A DNA stretch of 64,000 nucleotides from Thermoanaerobaculia bacterium. GTDB lineage: Bacteria > Acidobacteriota > Thermoanaerobaculia > UBA5066. The DNA is taken from assembly GCA_035542215.1 (NCBI GenBank), contig DATKLW010000195.1:4520-68519 (forward strand). The letters run 5' to 3'. The translations under genes were made by a program, and so were the position numbers. Numbering within the stretch: the first letter of the stretch is position 1; the number at the start of each line of letters is the position of its first letter. This document shows positions 45,767 to 55,033 of this stretch, piece by piece. The notes beneath the pieces are model-generated. The model was given only the letters and a program-made list of their open reading frames with translations, was not told the DNA's origin and did not search any database.

Positions 45767-46576
45767 TCAGAGCTCCCTTCGGGGGACGAGCGGCACGCCC
45801 ACGAAGGGCGGCGCGTCCGGCGAGGGGAGGAGGCCGTGCGCGTGCGCCCGGCGGTAGAACTCGGAAAGCCCTCTCTCGTCCTCGGACGAGAGGTCGTGGT
45901 GCAGGTTTCCGTCGACGTAGGTCCGGAGCGCGTCCTCCGTCAGGCCGGTCCGCGGGGCGGCGGCCGCGACGATCTCGTCGAGATGCGTCTTTCCGTACTC
46001 GCGCGACCACTGGAACGGCTCGGGCGGGACCGAGGGCCGCACGGCCCACACCGCGAAGACGAAGGGCAGCCCCGTGAGCCGGCGCCACCCCTCCGCGAGG
46101 TCGAGGACGTGGAGGCCGGACAGGTCGGCCTTGAGGGCCGGGTCGCCGAGAAGAAGAGCGGCGTCGTGGTGCGCGAGCATCTCGGCGAGATCCGGAGCCG
46201 CCGTGTGGAATTCCGGCGCCGTCCCGAGGAGGTCCTTGAAGAGGACGCGGGCCATCGCGGCCGACGAACGCGACGAAAGGTCGAGCGCGACCGTGCGGGC
46301 TTCCTCGAACGGCCGGCGGCTCGCGAGGATGACGCTCCGGACGCGCTCCTTCGAGGCGATCCCGATTCCGCGCACGATGCGGACGCCCGGAATGCGTGCG
46401 GCCTCGATCGACGGGACGAGGCCGGCGTCCACTTCTCCGCGCGCAAGCCGGTCCGCGCAGGCGGACGGGACGTCCGTGATCCGGTCCGCGCCCTCGACCG
46501 CGCCCCGGAGGAATCCCCAGGTCAGCGGCCAGGCGTTGACGTAGTCGACGAGTGAAACCCGGAACGCGGTGGTCAT
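45767..46576 (-). CDS. mqnA: chorismate dehydratase (MqnA-like, futalosine pathway)
   Basis: A GAGGAGG RBS precedes ATG 46576. The product MTTAFRVSLVDYVNAWPLTWGF... has a periplasmic-binding-protein-like fold pattern typical of MqnA. Confidence 0.7.
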   Translation of the reverse strand: MTTAFRVSLVDYVNAWPLTWGFLRGAVEGADRITDVPSACADRLARGEVDAGLVPSIEAARIPGVRIVRGIGIASKERVRSVILASRRPFEEARTVALDLSSRSSAAMARVLFKDLLGTAPEFHTAAPDLAEMLAHHDAALLLGDPALKADLSGLHVLDLAEGWRRLTGLPFVFAVWAVRPSVPPEPFQWSREYGKTHLDEIVAAAAPRTGLTEDALRTYVDGNLHHDLSSEDERGLSEFYRRAHAHGLLPSPDAPPFVGVPLVPRREL

Positions 46577-46633
46577 GGCCCTCCTCAAAAATACACTACC
46601 CGCGCTTCGGCGCGGAGTCGGCGACAATCAGGC

Positions 46634-47797
46634 ATGCCGTCCGAGGCGCCCCCGCTCGTTTCCGTGGTGATGCCCTGCCTGAACGAGGCCGAGACCGTCG
46701 GCCGGTGCGTGGCGGAGGCGCGCGCCGCGCTCCTTGCGGCCGGCCTCGCGGGCGAGGTCCTCGTCGCGGACAACGGGTCGACGGACGGCTCGCAGGGTCT
46801 GGCCGAGGCCGCCGGCGCGCGCGTCGTCGCCGTGCCGGAGCGCGGTTACGGCGCGGCTCTCGCGGGCGGCTTTGCGGCCGCGCGCGGGACGTACGTCGTC
46901 ATGGGCGACGCCGACCTCTCGTATGACTTCGGCGCCGTGGCGGATTTCGTCGAGGCGCTCGAGAAGGGCGCGGACCTCGTGATGGGATCGCGCTTCAAAG
47001 GCCGCATCGAGGACGGCGCGATGCCGCCGCTTCACCGGTGGCTCGGCAACCCCGTCCTGAGCGGCCTCGGCCGCCTCTTCTTCCGGACGGACGTCTCGGA
47101 CTTCCACTGCGGCCTGCGCGGCTTCCGGCGCGAGGCCCTCGAGTCGCTCGACCTCCGGACGACCGGCATGGAGTACGCGAGCGAGATGGTCGTCAAGGCC
47201 GCCCTCTTCGGCCTCGTGATCCGCGAGATCCCCGTGACGCTCCGCAGGGACGGCCGTTCGCGTCCGCCGCACCTCAGGACGTGGCGGGACGGCTGGCGGC
47301 ACCTCCGCTTCCTTCTCCTCTATTCGCCGCGGTGGCTCTTCCTCGTCCCGGGCCTCTTCTTCGTGCTCGGCGGCGGCGCGCTGATGCTGTGGCTCCTGCC
47401 GGGCCCGCGCGTCGCGCTCGGCGCGACGTGGGACGTCCACTCGATCCTCGCCGGGGCCGCGATGGTCCTCGTCGGCGCGCAGGCGATCTTCTTCGGCGCA
47501 TGCGCGAAGATCTTCGGCATCACCGAGGGCCTCCTTCCGAAGGATCTCCTTCTTGAGCGCCTGTTCGACCGATGGATCACGCTCGAGACGGGGCTCGCCG
47601 CCTCGCTCCTCGCGCTCCTCGCGGGCGCGGGCCTCGCCCTGCACGTCGTCTCGGCGTGGAGCGCCGCGGGCTTCCACGACCTCGCCTACCCGACGACGAT
47701 GCGCTGGATGATCCCCGGCGTCCTTCTTCTCGTTCTCGGGGCCGAAGGCGTCTTCGGGTCGTTCCTGCTCTCGCTCCTCGGCCTTCGGCGGCGCTGA
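46634..47797 (+). CDS. family 2 glycosyltransferase with a C-terminal membrane domain
   Basis: It shows VSVVMPCLNEAETV...VADNGSTDGS...GDADLSYD (GT-A DxD context) followed by 4 TM helices. Confidence 0.85.
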   Translation: MPSEAPPLVSVVMPCLNEAETVGRCVAEARAALLAAGLAGEVLVADNGSTDGSQGLAEAAGARVVAVPERGYGAALAGGFAAARGTYVVMGDADLSYDFGAVADFVEALEKGADLVMGSRFKGRIEDGAMPPLHRWLGNPVLSGLGRLFFRTDVSDFHCGLRGFRREALESLDLRTTGMEYASEMVVKAALFGLVIREIPVTLRRDGRSRPPHLRTWRDGWRHLRFLLLYSPRWLFLVPGLFFVLGGGALMLWLLPGPRVALGATWDVHSILAGAAMVLVGAQAIFFGACAKIFGITEGLLPKDLLLERLFDRWITLETGLAASLLALLAGAGLALHVVSAWSAAGFHDLAYPTTMRWMIPGVLLLVLGAEGVFGSFLLSLLGLRRR

Positions 47798-47800
47798 CGC

Positions 47801-48178
47801 CTACTTCCCGACCTCCAGCCGGATGTCGCCGTGCTGCTCGCTCGACGGGCCGCTGTCCTGGCACGTCGCGCCCTTTGCATCGCATGTGCACGTCCAGACG
47901 ACCGGGCGCTTTGAGCCCGCGAACATCGCCGTGTCCCCCTCGACGTGTCCGGGCATCGAATACTTCTCTTTCGTCCCGTCGACCGAGACGTCGAGCTTCG
48001 CGTAACCTTTCTCGTCGCGAGCGACCGTGATCGTCAGCGCCTTGTTGGCGCCGGGCCCCTTCTGCACGATGTGAAACTTCGCGCCGGCCTTCAGGACGGC
48101 CGCGCACTCCGCCGCGGCGGGGCCCGTGACGGCGAGGAGGGCGGCGGCGGCAAGGGCGAGCGTTTGACGAGGATTCAT
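47801..48178 (-). CDS. small secreted Cys-containing hypothetical protein
   Basis: It has the signal peptide MNPRQTLALAAAALLAVTGPAAAE. The mature part has 5 Cys and I recognise no family. Confidence 0.5.
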   Translation of the reverse strand: MNPRQTLALAAAALLAVTGPAAAECAAVLKAGAKFHIVQKGPGANKALTITVARDEKGYAKLDVSVDGTKEKYSMPGHVEGDTAMFAGSKRPVVWTCTCDAKGATCQDSGPSSEQHGDIRLEVGK

Positions 48179-48220
48179 TCGGAGTCTCCTTGATCTTCGG
48201 GTCGTTTTGGGAACGCACTC

Positions 48221-48257
48221 TTCCGGCCCCCGGACGATACTTCGGCCGGGGCCGGAA
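48221..48257 (-). terminator. strong GC hairpin between two minus-strand genes
   Basis: TTCCGGCCCC (48221-48230) pairs perfectly with GGGGCCGGAA (48248-48257). There is no clear U-tract on the minus strand. Confidence 0.3.
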
Positions 48258-48275
48258 AAGGAACTCCCCGTGCCG

Positions 48276-48809
48276 CTACTTCTTCGCCTGCGGCGGGTAG
48301 TTCTCGAAGAGCTTCTGCGCCACGAGATCGGCCTTCTGCTGGCGCTCCTCGGGCGTCGCGGTCGTCGAGATCTCGTCCTTGGCGATCCCGCGCCAGACGG
48401 CCGTCTTCGCCTTCGCGTCGACGAGGTCGATGACCACGGTGCCCGTCGGGATCTCCTGCACCTGGGTGGTCTGCATCCCTCCCACCCCGCCGTAGCGCCA
48501 GCCGCCGCCCCAGCCGCCGTACCCGTACGTGTTGAGCTGGGTGTCTTTCCCGAGGCTGAAGTGGGCGAAGACGTTCAGGTCGGCTCCTTCCGCGACCTGC
48601 TTCAGGCCGCGCGCCTCGAGGGCCGCGGTGAGGGACTTCGCGAACCGCTCGGCCGCGATCGGGTTCTTCGGGGGGGTGCCCGCCTTGAGCGTGAACGTCT
48701 TGTACTTCGAGAAATCCGTGCCCGGGGCGTAGTCGGTCGTGACCTGCAGCGTCGAGCACGCGACAGCCGCGGCCGCGAGGGCGACTGCGGCGAAACGGAG
48801 CATCTTCAT
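48276..48809 (-). CDS. DUF4136-like lipoprotein, paralog of 13055-13603
   Basis: It has the lipobox MKMLRFAAVALAAAAVACST, then YAPGTDFSKYKTFTL...IPTGTVVIDLVDAKAKTAVWRG. Confidence 0.75.
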   Translation of the reverse strand: MKMLRFAAVALAAAAVACSTLQVTTDYAPGTDFSKYKTFTLKAGTPPKNPIAAERFAKSLTAALEARGLKQVAEGADLNVFAHFSLGKDTQLNTYGYGGWGGGWRYGGVGGMQTTQVQEIPTGTVVIDLVDAKAKTAVWRGIAKDEISTTATPEERQQKADLVAQKLFENYPPQAKK

Positions 48810-48914
48810 AAGGTGTGTTCCTCCTAGAGCGCGATTCGTCCCGTGAGCGTATCCGCCTCCCCGGCCCGGCGCCCTTGATTCATTTGCTTCAAGCCGCCGC
48901 CGGCGCGGGCCCGG

Positions 48915-49931
48915 CTACTTCGCGGGCTTCTCGTGATGCCCGCCGAACTGGAAGCGCATGGCCGAGAGGAGCTTGTTCTGAAAGTCCGCCTCGCCGCGCG
49001 ACGAGAACCGCTCGTAGAGCGCGGTCGTGAGGACTGGCGCGGGGACCGCCTCGTCGATCGCGGCCTTGATCGTCCAGCGGCCCTCGCCCGAGTCGGAGAC
49101 GCGGCCCGCGAACTTCGAGAGCGCGGGGTCCTCGACGAGCGCCGCGGCGGTGAGGTCGAGGAGCCACGAAGCCACGACGCTTCCCCGCCGCCAGACCTCG
49201 GCGATGTCCGCGAGGTTCATGTCGTACTGGTAGTGCTCCGGCTCCCGGAGCGGCGTCGTCTCGGCGTCGGCCGCGTGGGTCTGCTTGCCGACGTTCGCGG
49301 CCCGCAGGATCCCGAGGCCCTCCGCGTAGGCCGCCATGAGCCCGTACTCGATGCCGTTGTGGACCATCTTCACGAAGTGCCCCGCGCCGTTCGCGCCGCA
49401 GTGGAGGTACCCTTCCTCCGCCGTGCCCTTCGCCTTCCCCCGGCCCGGCGTTCGCGGGACGTCGCCCGCGCCCGGGGCGAGCGTGCGGAAGATCGGGTCG
49501 AGACGCCTCACGACGTCCCCTTCGCCCCCGATCATCATGCAGTAACCGCGCTCGAGCCCCCAGACGCCGCCGCTCGTCCCGACGTCGACGTAGTGGATCC
49601 CCTTCGGGGCGAGCTCCTTCGCGCGCCGGATGTCGTCGACGTAGTACGAGTTGCCGCCGTCGATCAGGGTGTCTCCCTTCTCGAGGAAGGGAAGGAGGTC
49701 GGCGATGGACGAGTCGACGACAGCCGCGGGGACCATCAGCCAGACGGCCCGCGGCTTCGCGAGCTTCCCGACGAAGTCCGCGAGGGACGAGGCGCCGATC
49801 GCCTTCTCCTTCGCGAGGTCCGCCACAGCCCTGGGCGACATGTCGAACACGACGCACTCGTGGCCGCCGCCGATCAGCCGGCGCACCATGTTCGCCCCCA
49901 TCCGTCCGAGCCCGATCATTCCGAGTTGCAT
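48915..49931 (-). CDS. gnd: 6-phosphogluconate dehydrogenase (decarboxylating), short Gnd-like form
   Basis: The product [19 protein letters not shown] shows a Rossmann motif, plus ...[16 protein letters not shown]. Confidence 0.85.
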   Translation of the reverse strand: MQLGMIGLGRMGANMVRRLIGGGHECVVFDMSPRAVADLAKEKAIGASSLADFVGKLAKPRAVWLMVPAAVVDSSIADLLPFLEKGDTLIDGGNSYYVDDIRRAKELAPKGIHYVDVGTSGGVWGLERGYCMMIGGEGDVVRRLDPIFRTLAPGAGDVPRTPGRGKAKGTAEEGYLHCGANGAGHFVKMVHNGIEYGLMAAYAEGLGILRAANVGKQTHAADAETTPLREPEHYQYDMNLADIAEVWRRGSVVASWLLDLTAAALVEDPALSKFAGRVSDSGEGRWTIKAAIDEAVPAPVLTTALYERFSSRGEADFQNKLLSAMRFQFGGHHEKPAK

Positions 49932-49946
49932 GGCACGCTCCCTTTC

Positions 49947-50240
49947 CTACGGCACGCGGACGACGGCGGGCACGGGCGCAGCGTCGATGGCCGCCCGGAG
50001 CTTCTCCTTCGCCTCGGGGCTCTCCAGCCGCCTCAGGTAGGTCTTGTTGTCCTCCCAGAAATCCGCGGCGCCGAAGGCCTTTCGCTCGGCGATCGCGTCC
50101 TCGACGCTCCACCCGTCCACGAGGATCCGGTAGACGGCGACGACGAGGCCCGTCCGGTCCATCCCCGCCTGGCAGTGCACGAAGCGTTCCGCGCCGGGGA
50201 CCGCGAGCAGGGAGGCGCAGGCGAGGGCGAGGAGCGACAT
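49947..50240 (-). CDS. truncated Cys-based protein tyrosine/dual-specificity phosphatase-like ORF (97 aa)
   Basis: The P-loop HCQAGMDRTG (CX5R) begins at residue 22, right after a hydrophobic signal-like N-terminus MSLLALACASLLAV. Full-length relatives have ~100 aa before the P-loop. AAGGAG lies 11 nt upstream of the ATG. Confidence 0.45.
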   Translation of the reverse strand: MSLLALACASLLAVPGAERFVHCQAGMDRTGLVVAVYRILVDGWSVEDAIAERKAFGAADFWEDNKTYLRRLESPEAKEKLRAAIDAAPVPAVVRVP

Positions 50241-50255
50241 CGGACGGATTCTCCT

Positions 50256-50789
50256 TCAGATCCCGAGGAGCTCCGAAACCGCCGCCGCCGCGCGCTCCTC
50301 GCGCGCGGTCCCGACGCCGGAGACGCCCGCGACCCGGGCGCCGGCCCCGGCGAGGGCGGCCGCGAAGAGCGCGTGCATTTCCTCGCGGGCGGCGGGCCGG
50401 TCGCGCACGCCGTCGGACTCCCACGGGAGGTCCGGCGCGCACAGGAGGTAGAGGTCCCCCTGCCGCTCGGCGGCGAGCCGCTCGATCCAGCGCGGGCAGT
50501 CCCCGTAGTAGTGCCTCGCGTAGACGACGGTGGACAGGAGGTCCTGGTCGAGGAAGACGACGCCGCGCCCGGCGTCCCTTGCCGCCCTCTCGGCGTCCTC
50601 CGCGAGGCGGACGTGCGCCCGCGCGATCACGGGCACGTCCTCGGGCCCGAGGACGCCCGGGCGCGAGAGCGCGACCTCGCGCGCGGCCTCGGCCGCCCAC
50701 GACGTCCCCCGGCGCGCCGCGAGCGCGCGGGCGAGCGTGGTCTTTCCCGTGCACTCGCCCCCGGTCAGGACGACCCTCAGGGCGCCCAT
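50256..50789 (-). CDS. NadR-type (AAA_28-like) small-molecule kinase/ATPase
   Basis: The product MGALRVVLTGGECTGKTTLARALA...VFLDQDLLSTVVYARHYYG...YLLCAPDLPWESDGVRD follows the P-loop pattern of ribosylnicotinamide-kinase-like proteins. Its ATG overlaps the stop of the TonB receptor gene as ATGA. Confidence 0.65.
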   Translation of the reverse strand: MGALRVVLTGGECTGKTTLARALAARRGTSWAAEAAREVALSRPGVLGPEDVPVIARAHVRLAEDAERAARDAGRGVVFLDQDLLSTVVYARHYYGDCPRWIERLAAERQGDLYLLCAPDLPWESDGVRDRPAAREEMHALFAAALAGAGARVAGVSGVGTAREERAAAAVSELLGI

Positions 50790-52918
50790 CAGAAGCCGAG
50801 ATCCAGCGAGACGTACGCGCTGCGCGTCGCGAGCGGGTAGTAGTACGGGATGCCGGCGAGCGTCTCGGCGCCCGACGCGTCGCGGTTCGCGTAGAGGTAC
50901 GAGTACCCGCGCGGCCAGAGCTTCCGGTTGTCGAGGACATTGTTGACCTGCAGCTTGAGGCGCGGCTTTCCCGCGGGGATCCAGCGCGCGAGTTCGACGA
51001 CGAGCGTCGCGTCCAGCTGGAAGGTCCTGGGCGCCTCGAGCCCCTCCGTGTTCGTGTTGTCGAGCCAGGAAGCGGCCACGTAGCGGCTCGTCGCGCCGAC
51101 GGTGAAGCCGCGGAGCGCCGTCGTCTCGGCCCCGAGCGTCGCCTGGAAGGGGGGCGTCGCGACGGGAGCGACGTCGTGGTACGTCCGGCTCGTCGACCCC
51201 GCGTAATCGCCGTTCGCGTCGTACACGTCGTAGAACTGCGTCCACGTCGAGATCCGGTTGCGGCTCGCGTTCGCGGTCGCCGTGAGGCGGAGGGCGTCGA
51301 GCGCCTGCCACGACGCCTCGAGCTCGATCCCGCGGCGGAAGCTCTTGTCCACGTTCTTCCGGAGCGGCTGGCCGATCGGCGAGAGCTCCCCCGTCGCCGC
51401 GATCTCGTTGCGAAACTCCATGTCGTAGAGGTTGACCTTCGCCGACAGCGTCCGCGTCCTCCACTCGGCGCCGAGTTCCACGTCCCAGACGGTCTCGGGC
51501 TTCACGGCGGTGAGGTCGGGAAGGGCCGACGCGTTGTCTTCGCCGTACAGGAGGTCGCTCCGCGCCGGCTCGCGCTCCGTCCGGCCCACGGAGAGGTACG
51601 CGCTCGTCCGCGGCGAGACGTCGACGCGGACGCCCGCCTTCGGGTTGAAGAACGTCCAGCTCGTCGCCGTGTCGCCGACGTCCCCCTCGTAGCCGAAGCG
51701 CGCGTGCCGCACCTGCGCGTCGAGGAACGGGCGCCACCGCCCGAGATCCCAGAGGAGCTTCACGAAGCCGCTCAGCTCGCTCTTCGTCCCGTGGTTCGTG
51801 TAGAGGCGCGTCCCGTCCCCGTCGTCCAGCGTGTGCGTCGACTTGTAGCCGTATGCGTGCGTCCCGAGCGTGAGCCGGAGCGCGCCGAGCTTCTGCGTGT
51901 ACGTGGCGATCCCGCCGCCGAAGAGCCAGGACAGGCCGTATTCCTGGAGGTCGGCGAGCGTCGTCTCGTCCGCGTAGAGGTCGTACCATCCGCCCGCGCC
52001 GACGAGGTACGGCTGGAGCGAGAGGCTCGCGTCGTTGCCGAGGGCGAGCGTCCACTGCGCGGTCGCGAGGAACTCGTGGAAGTGGTCCTTCTCGTCGGGA
52101 GACATCGGGTTGTACGCGAGGTTCGTGGCGAGGATCTCCGGCTCGACCGCGAGGAAGGCCTGCTGGATGCGCTCCTCGCCCGCGAAGCCCGAGATCCGGA
52201 GGCTCGAGGACCCGAAGTCGCGGACGGCCGTGAAGTAGAGGCTGTCCTGCTTGACGCCCGAGTGCTCGCGGAAGCCGTCCGTCGTCTGCCACGACGGCCG
52301 CAGCGAGACGCGCCAGCCGCCGCCGAACGTCCCCGAGCTCCAGTCGACGCTCGCCTGCGCGGTTCCGAACGACCCGGCGGCGAGCGAGGCCGCCAGGCCC
52401 GGCGACCGCGGCGCGTCGAGGCTCTCGAAGTTCACGGAGCCCGCGAACGACGCGGCGCCGAACGTGGACGTCCCGACGCCGCGCTGGACCTGGACGCTCG
52501 CGAGGTTCCGCGAGAGGTTCCCGAAGTCGGCCGTGTAGACGGCGGAGTCCTCCGGCTCGTTGAGCGGCACGCCGTCGAACGTCATGTTCACCCGCGTCCC
52601 GGAGAGGCCGCGCAGCGTGAAGTACGCGTAACCCTGGCCGGAGCCCGTCTCGGAGTACTGCGTGACCGAGGGCGTGTCCTGCAGGAGGACGGGCAGCTCC
52701 TGCCCCCACGTCTTCTCGACGAGCGCCGGGCGGTCGAGGTCCGTCTTCGTGACGGGCGCCTCGTCGTCGCCGCGGATCGCCTGGACGACGACGCTCTCGG
52801 AGCGCGCGGGCGTCGGAACGGGCGTCGGTGTGGGCGCGGGCGCGGGGTCGGCGGCCCGGAGGAGGCCGGGGCACACGAGAAGCGCGAAAAGGAGGGGTCG
52901 AAACGTCCCGGATTCCAT
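50789..52918 (-). CDS. TonB-dependent outer membrane receptor
   Basis: A signal peptide is followed by plug-domain motifs (VVVQAIRGDD..., FTLRGLSGTRVNMTFDGVPLNEPED) and a beta-barrel ending in ...YVSLDLGF (C-terminal Phe). Confidence 0.9.
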   Translation of the reverse strand: MESGTFRPLLFALLVCPGLLRAADPAPAPTPTPVPTPARSESVVVQAIRGDDEAPVTKTDLDRPALVEKTWGQELPVLLQDTPSVTQYSETGSGQGYAYFTLRGLSGTRVNMTFDGVPLNEPEDSAVYTADFGNLSRNLASVQVQRGVGTSTFGAASFAGSVNFESLDAPRSPGLAASLAAGSFGTAQASVDWSSGTFGGGWRVSLRPSWQTTDGFREHSGVKQDSLYFTAVRDFGSSSLRISGFAGEERIQQAFLAVEPEILATNLAYNPMSPDEKDHFHEFLATAQWTLALGNDASLSLQPYLVGAGGWYDLYADETTLADLQEYGLSWLFGGGIATYTQKLGALRLTLGTHAYGYKSTHTLDDGDGTRLYTNHGTKSELSGFVKLLWDLGRWRPFLDAQVRHARFGYEGDVGDTATSWTFFNPKAGVRVDVSPRTSAYLSVGRTEREPARSDLLYGEDNASALPDLTAVKPETVWDVELGAEWRTRTLSAKVNLYDMEFRNEIAATGELSPIGQPLRKNVDKSFRRGIELEASWQALDALRLTATANASRNRISTWTQFYDVYDANGDYAGSTSRTYHDVAPVATPPFQATLGAETTALRGFTVGATSRYVAASWLDNTNTEGLEAPRTFQLDATLVVELARWIPAGKPRLKLQVNNVLDNRKLWPRGYSYLYANRDASGAETLAGIPYYYPLATRSAYVSLDLGF

Positions 52919-52923
52919 GGTCT

Positions 52924-53006
52924 CCGCCTTTCCCTACGCCGGTGTGAACCGGATCAGGTTCCGGGGTGTGATCTCAGGCCCTCGCGGGCCACCCCCAGGC
53001 TGGCGA
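52924..53006 (-). promoter_or_regulatory. TPP (THI-box) riboswitch in the 5' leader of the TonB receptor gene
   Basis: The minus-strand sequence is tcgccagcCTGGGGGTGGCCCGCGAGGGCCTGAGATCACACCCCGGAACCTGATCCGGTTCACACCGGCGTAGGGAAaggcggagaccATG. It contains the conserved CUGGGGUG, CUGAGA, ACCUGAUC and GCGUAGGGAA elements. There is a P3 hairpin GGCCC-GCGA-GGGCC, a P5 hairpin CCGG-ttcaca-CCGG and a P1 pairing tcgcc/ggcgg. Confidence 0.85.
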
Positions 53007-53032
53007 CAATCTGCGCCGGTCGGGGCGCGGAG

Positions 53033-55009
53033 TCAACCCGCGGCCGGAGACGAGGCGGGCGCCTCGAGGCGCGCGAGGACGCGGGCGAGGTCCTCGTGGG
53101 CGCCGACGAGGACGAGCGTGTCGCCGGCCGCGACGCGGAAACCCTCGGGCGGCGGGGCGTGCGGAACGCCGTCGCGCAGGACGGCCGGCACGGCGACGTG
53201 CGCGGCGGGGAGGTCCAGCTCGGAGAGCAGCCGCCCGTCCGCCGCGGCGTCCGGGAGGACGAGGAAGAGCTCGCTCGTCCCCGCCGCGACGAGCGCCGCG
53301 AGGCGCCGCCCGCCCGCCGCCTTCGACTGCGGGTCGCGCAGGCGGCGGTACGCCTCGTCGCGCAGGAGGCGGATCTGCGTCGCGACGACGTTCCCGGGCA
53401 CGTGCAGGAGGCGCAGGACGCGCGCGACGAGCTCGATCGACGTCTCGAACTCCTCGGGGATGACCTCGTCGGCGCCGAGGCGTCGGAGCGTCTCGACTTC
53501 CTTGACGTAGCGCGTCCGCACGAGGATCCGGAGGTCCGGGGCGTGCATCCGCGCGAGCCGCACCGTCCTGCGCGACGCGTCGGGATCCGGCATCGTGACG
53601 ACGAGGCCGAGCGCGCGTGCGACGCCGGCCGCCGCGAGCCCCTCCGGACCCGTCGCGTCGGCGCGCAGCGCGTCGAGGCCCTCCCTGCGGGCCTCCGCGA
53701 CGCGCTCGGGGTCGATGTCGACGAGGACGTGCGGGATGCCGGTCTCGTGCAGGACGCGCGCGACGTTCGTCCCGTTCAGGCCGGCGCCCACGACGACGAT
53801 GTGCCGGGCACGGGGCTTTCCGCCGGCCTCTCCGGCGTCCTCGACGGCCTCCGGCAGCCGGACCGCGAGCGCGGGCCCCGCCGCGACGAGGAACGGCGCG
53901 AGGACGAGAGTCCCGACCGTCGCCGCGATGACGGTCTGCCGCGCGTCGCCGGCGAGGAGGCCGAGCGCCGCGCCCGTCGTCGCGAGGACGAAGGAGAACT
54001 CGCCGACGTTCGCGAGCGCGAGGGCCGCGCGCGCCGCCGTGCGCGGAACGGTCCCGGCGGCGCGGAGCGCGAGGAACGCGGCCACTGCCTTCAGGACGAC
54101 GAGGACCGCGACGCCCGCGCCGACCTCGACGGGGTGCGACGCGAGGAACGCCGGCTCGAGGAGCATCCCGACCGAGACGAAGAACAGGCTCGAGAGGAGG
54201 TCGTGGAGCGGGGCGAGCGTCGCGGCGACCTCGTGTACGTGGTCGCTCTCGCCGAGGACGATCCCCGCGGCGAACGCGCCCATCGCGGCCGAGACGCCCG
54301 CCTTCTCGCCGGCCGCGACCATCGCGAGGACGAGGACGACGACGGCGCCCGTGAACGTCTCGCGGCTGCCCATCCGCGCGACGGCGTCGAGGAGCCGCGG
54401 CGCCGCCCGCCGGCCGACGGCGACGAGGAGCGCCACCGCGACGATCGCGAGGGCGACGCGCCCGGCCACGGCGGCGGCCCCGGGGGCGCTCGCGGAGACG
54501 AGCGCCGGGAGGAAGAGGACGATCGGGATCACGGCGAGGTCCTGGAAGAGGGCGACGGCGAGGAAGCGCCGGCCGTACGGCGCCGCGAGCTCGTCGCGCT
54601 GCTTGAGGATCGGCAGGACGACCGCCGTGGAAGAGACCGAGACGAGGAGGCCGAGGAAGACGGCTTCGTTCGGCGTGCGGCCCGAGAGGCGCGCGAGCGC
54701 GAAGCCGGCCGCGGCCGTGAGCGCCATCTGCAGCGTGCCGCCCACGAGGGACGTGCGGCCGAGCGCCTTCAGCCGGCGGATCGGGAACTCGAGCCCGACG
54801 AAGAGGAGGATCAGCGCGACGCCGAACTCCGCGAGCGTCTCGACGCGGCGGGTCTCGCGCACCCACGCGAGCGCATGCGGTCCGATCGCGACGCCCGTGA
54901 CGAGGAAGCCGACGACCTGCGGGAGCTTCAGCCTCCGGCAGAGGAAGAGGACGGGGAACGACGCGGCGAGGACGACCGCGAGGTCCCGCAGGAACGACCC
55001 TTCCCACAC
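53033..55009 (-). CDS. CPA2 family monovalent cation:proton antiporter (Kef-type) with RCK/TrkA domains
   Basis: The N-terminal Na_H exchanger-like 12-TM region is followed by the Rossmann motif HIVVVGAGLNGTNVARVL (TrkA-N) and a TrkA-C-like tail. Confidence 0.9.
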   Translation of the reverse strand: MWEGSFLRDLAVVLAASFPVLFLCRRLKLPQVVGFLVTGVAIGPHALAWVRETRRVETLAEFGVALILLFVGLEFPIRRLKALGRTSLVGGTLQMALTAAAGFALARLSGRTPNEAVFLGLLVSVSSTAVVLPILKQRDELAAPYGRRFLAVALFQDLAVIPIVLFLPALVSASAPGAAAVAGRVALAIVAVALLVAVGRRAAPRLLDAVARMGSRETFTGAVVVLVLAMVAAGEKAGVSAAMGAFAAGIVLGESDHVHEVAATLAPLHDLLSSLFFVSVGMLLEPAFLASHPVEVGAGVAVLVVLKAVAAFLALRAAGTVPRTAARAALALANVGEFSFVLATTGAALGLLAGDARQTVIAATVGTLVLAPFLVAAGPALAVRLPEAVEDAGEAGGKPRARHIVVVGAGLNGTNVARVLHETGIPHVLVDIDPERVAEARREGLDALRADATGPEGLAAAGVARALGLVVTMPDPDASRRTVRLARMHAPDLRILVRTRYVKEVETLRRLGADEVIPEEFETSIELVARVLRLLHVPGNVVATQIRLLRDEAYRRLRDPQSKAAGGRRLAALVAAGTSELFLVLPDAAADGRLLSELDLPAAHVAVPAVLRDGVPHAPPPEGFRVAAGDTLVLVGAHEDLARVLARLEAPASSPAAG

Positions 55010-55033
55010 GGGCGCCGCCCGACGCCCTTCCGG

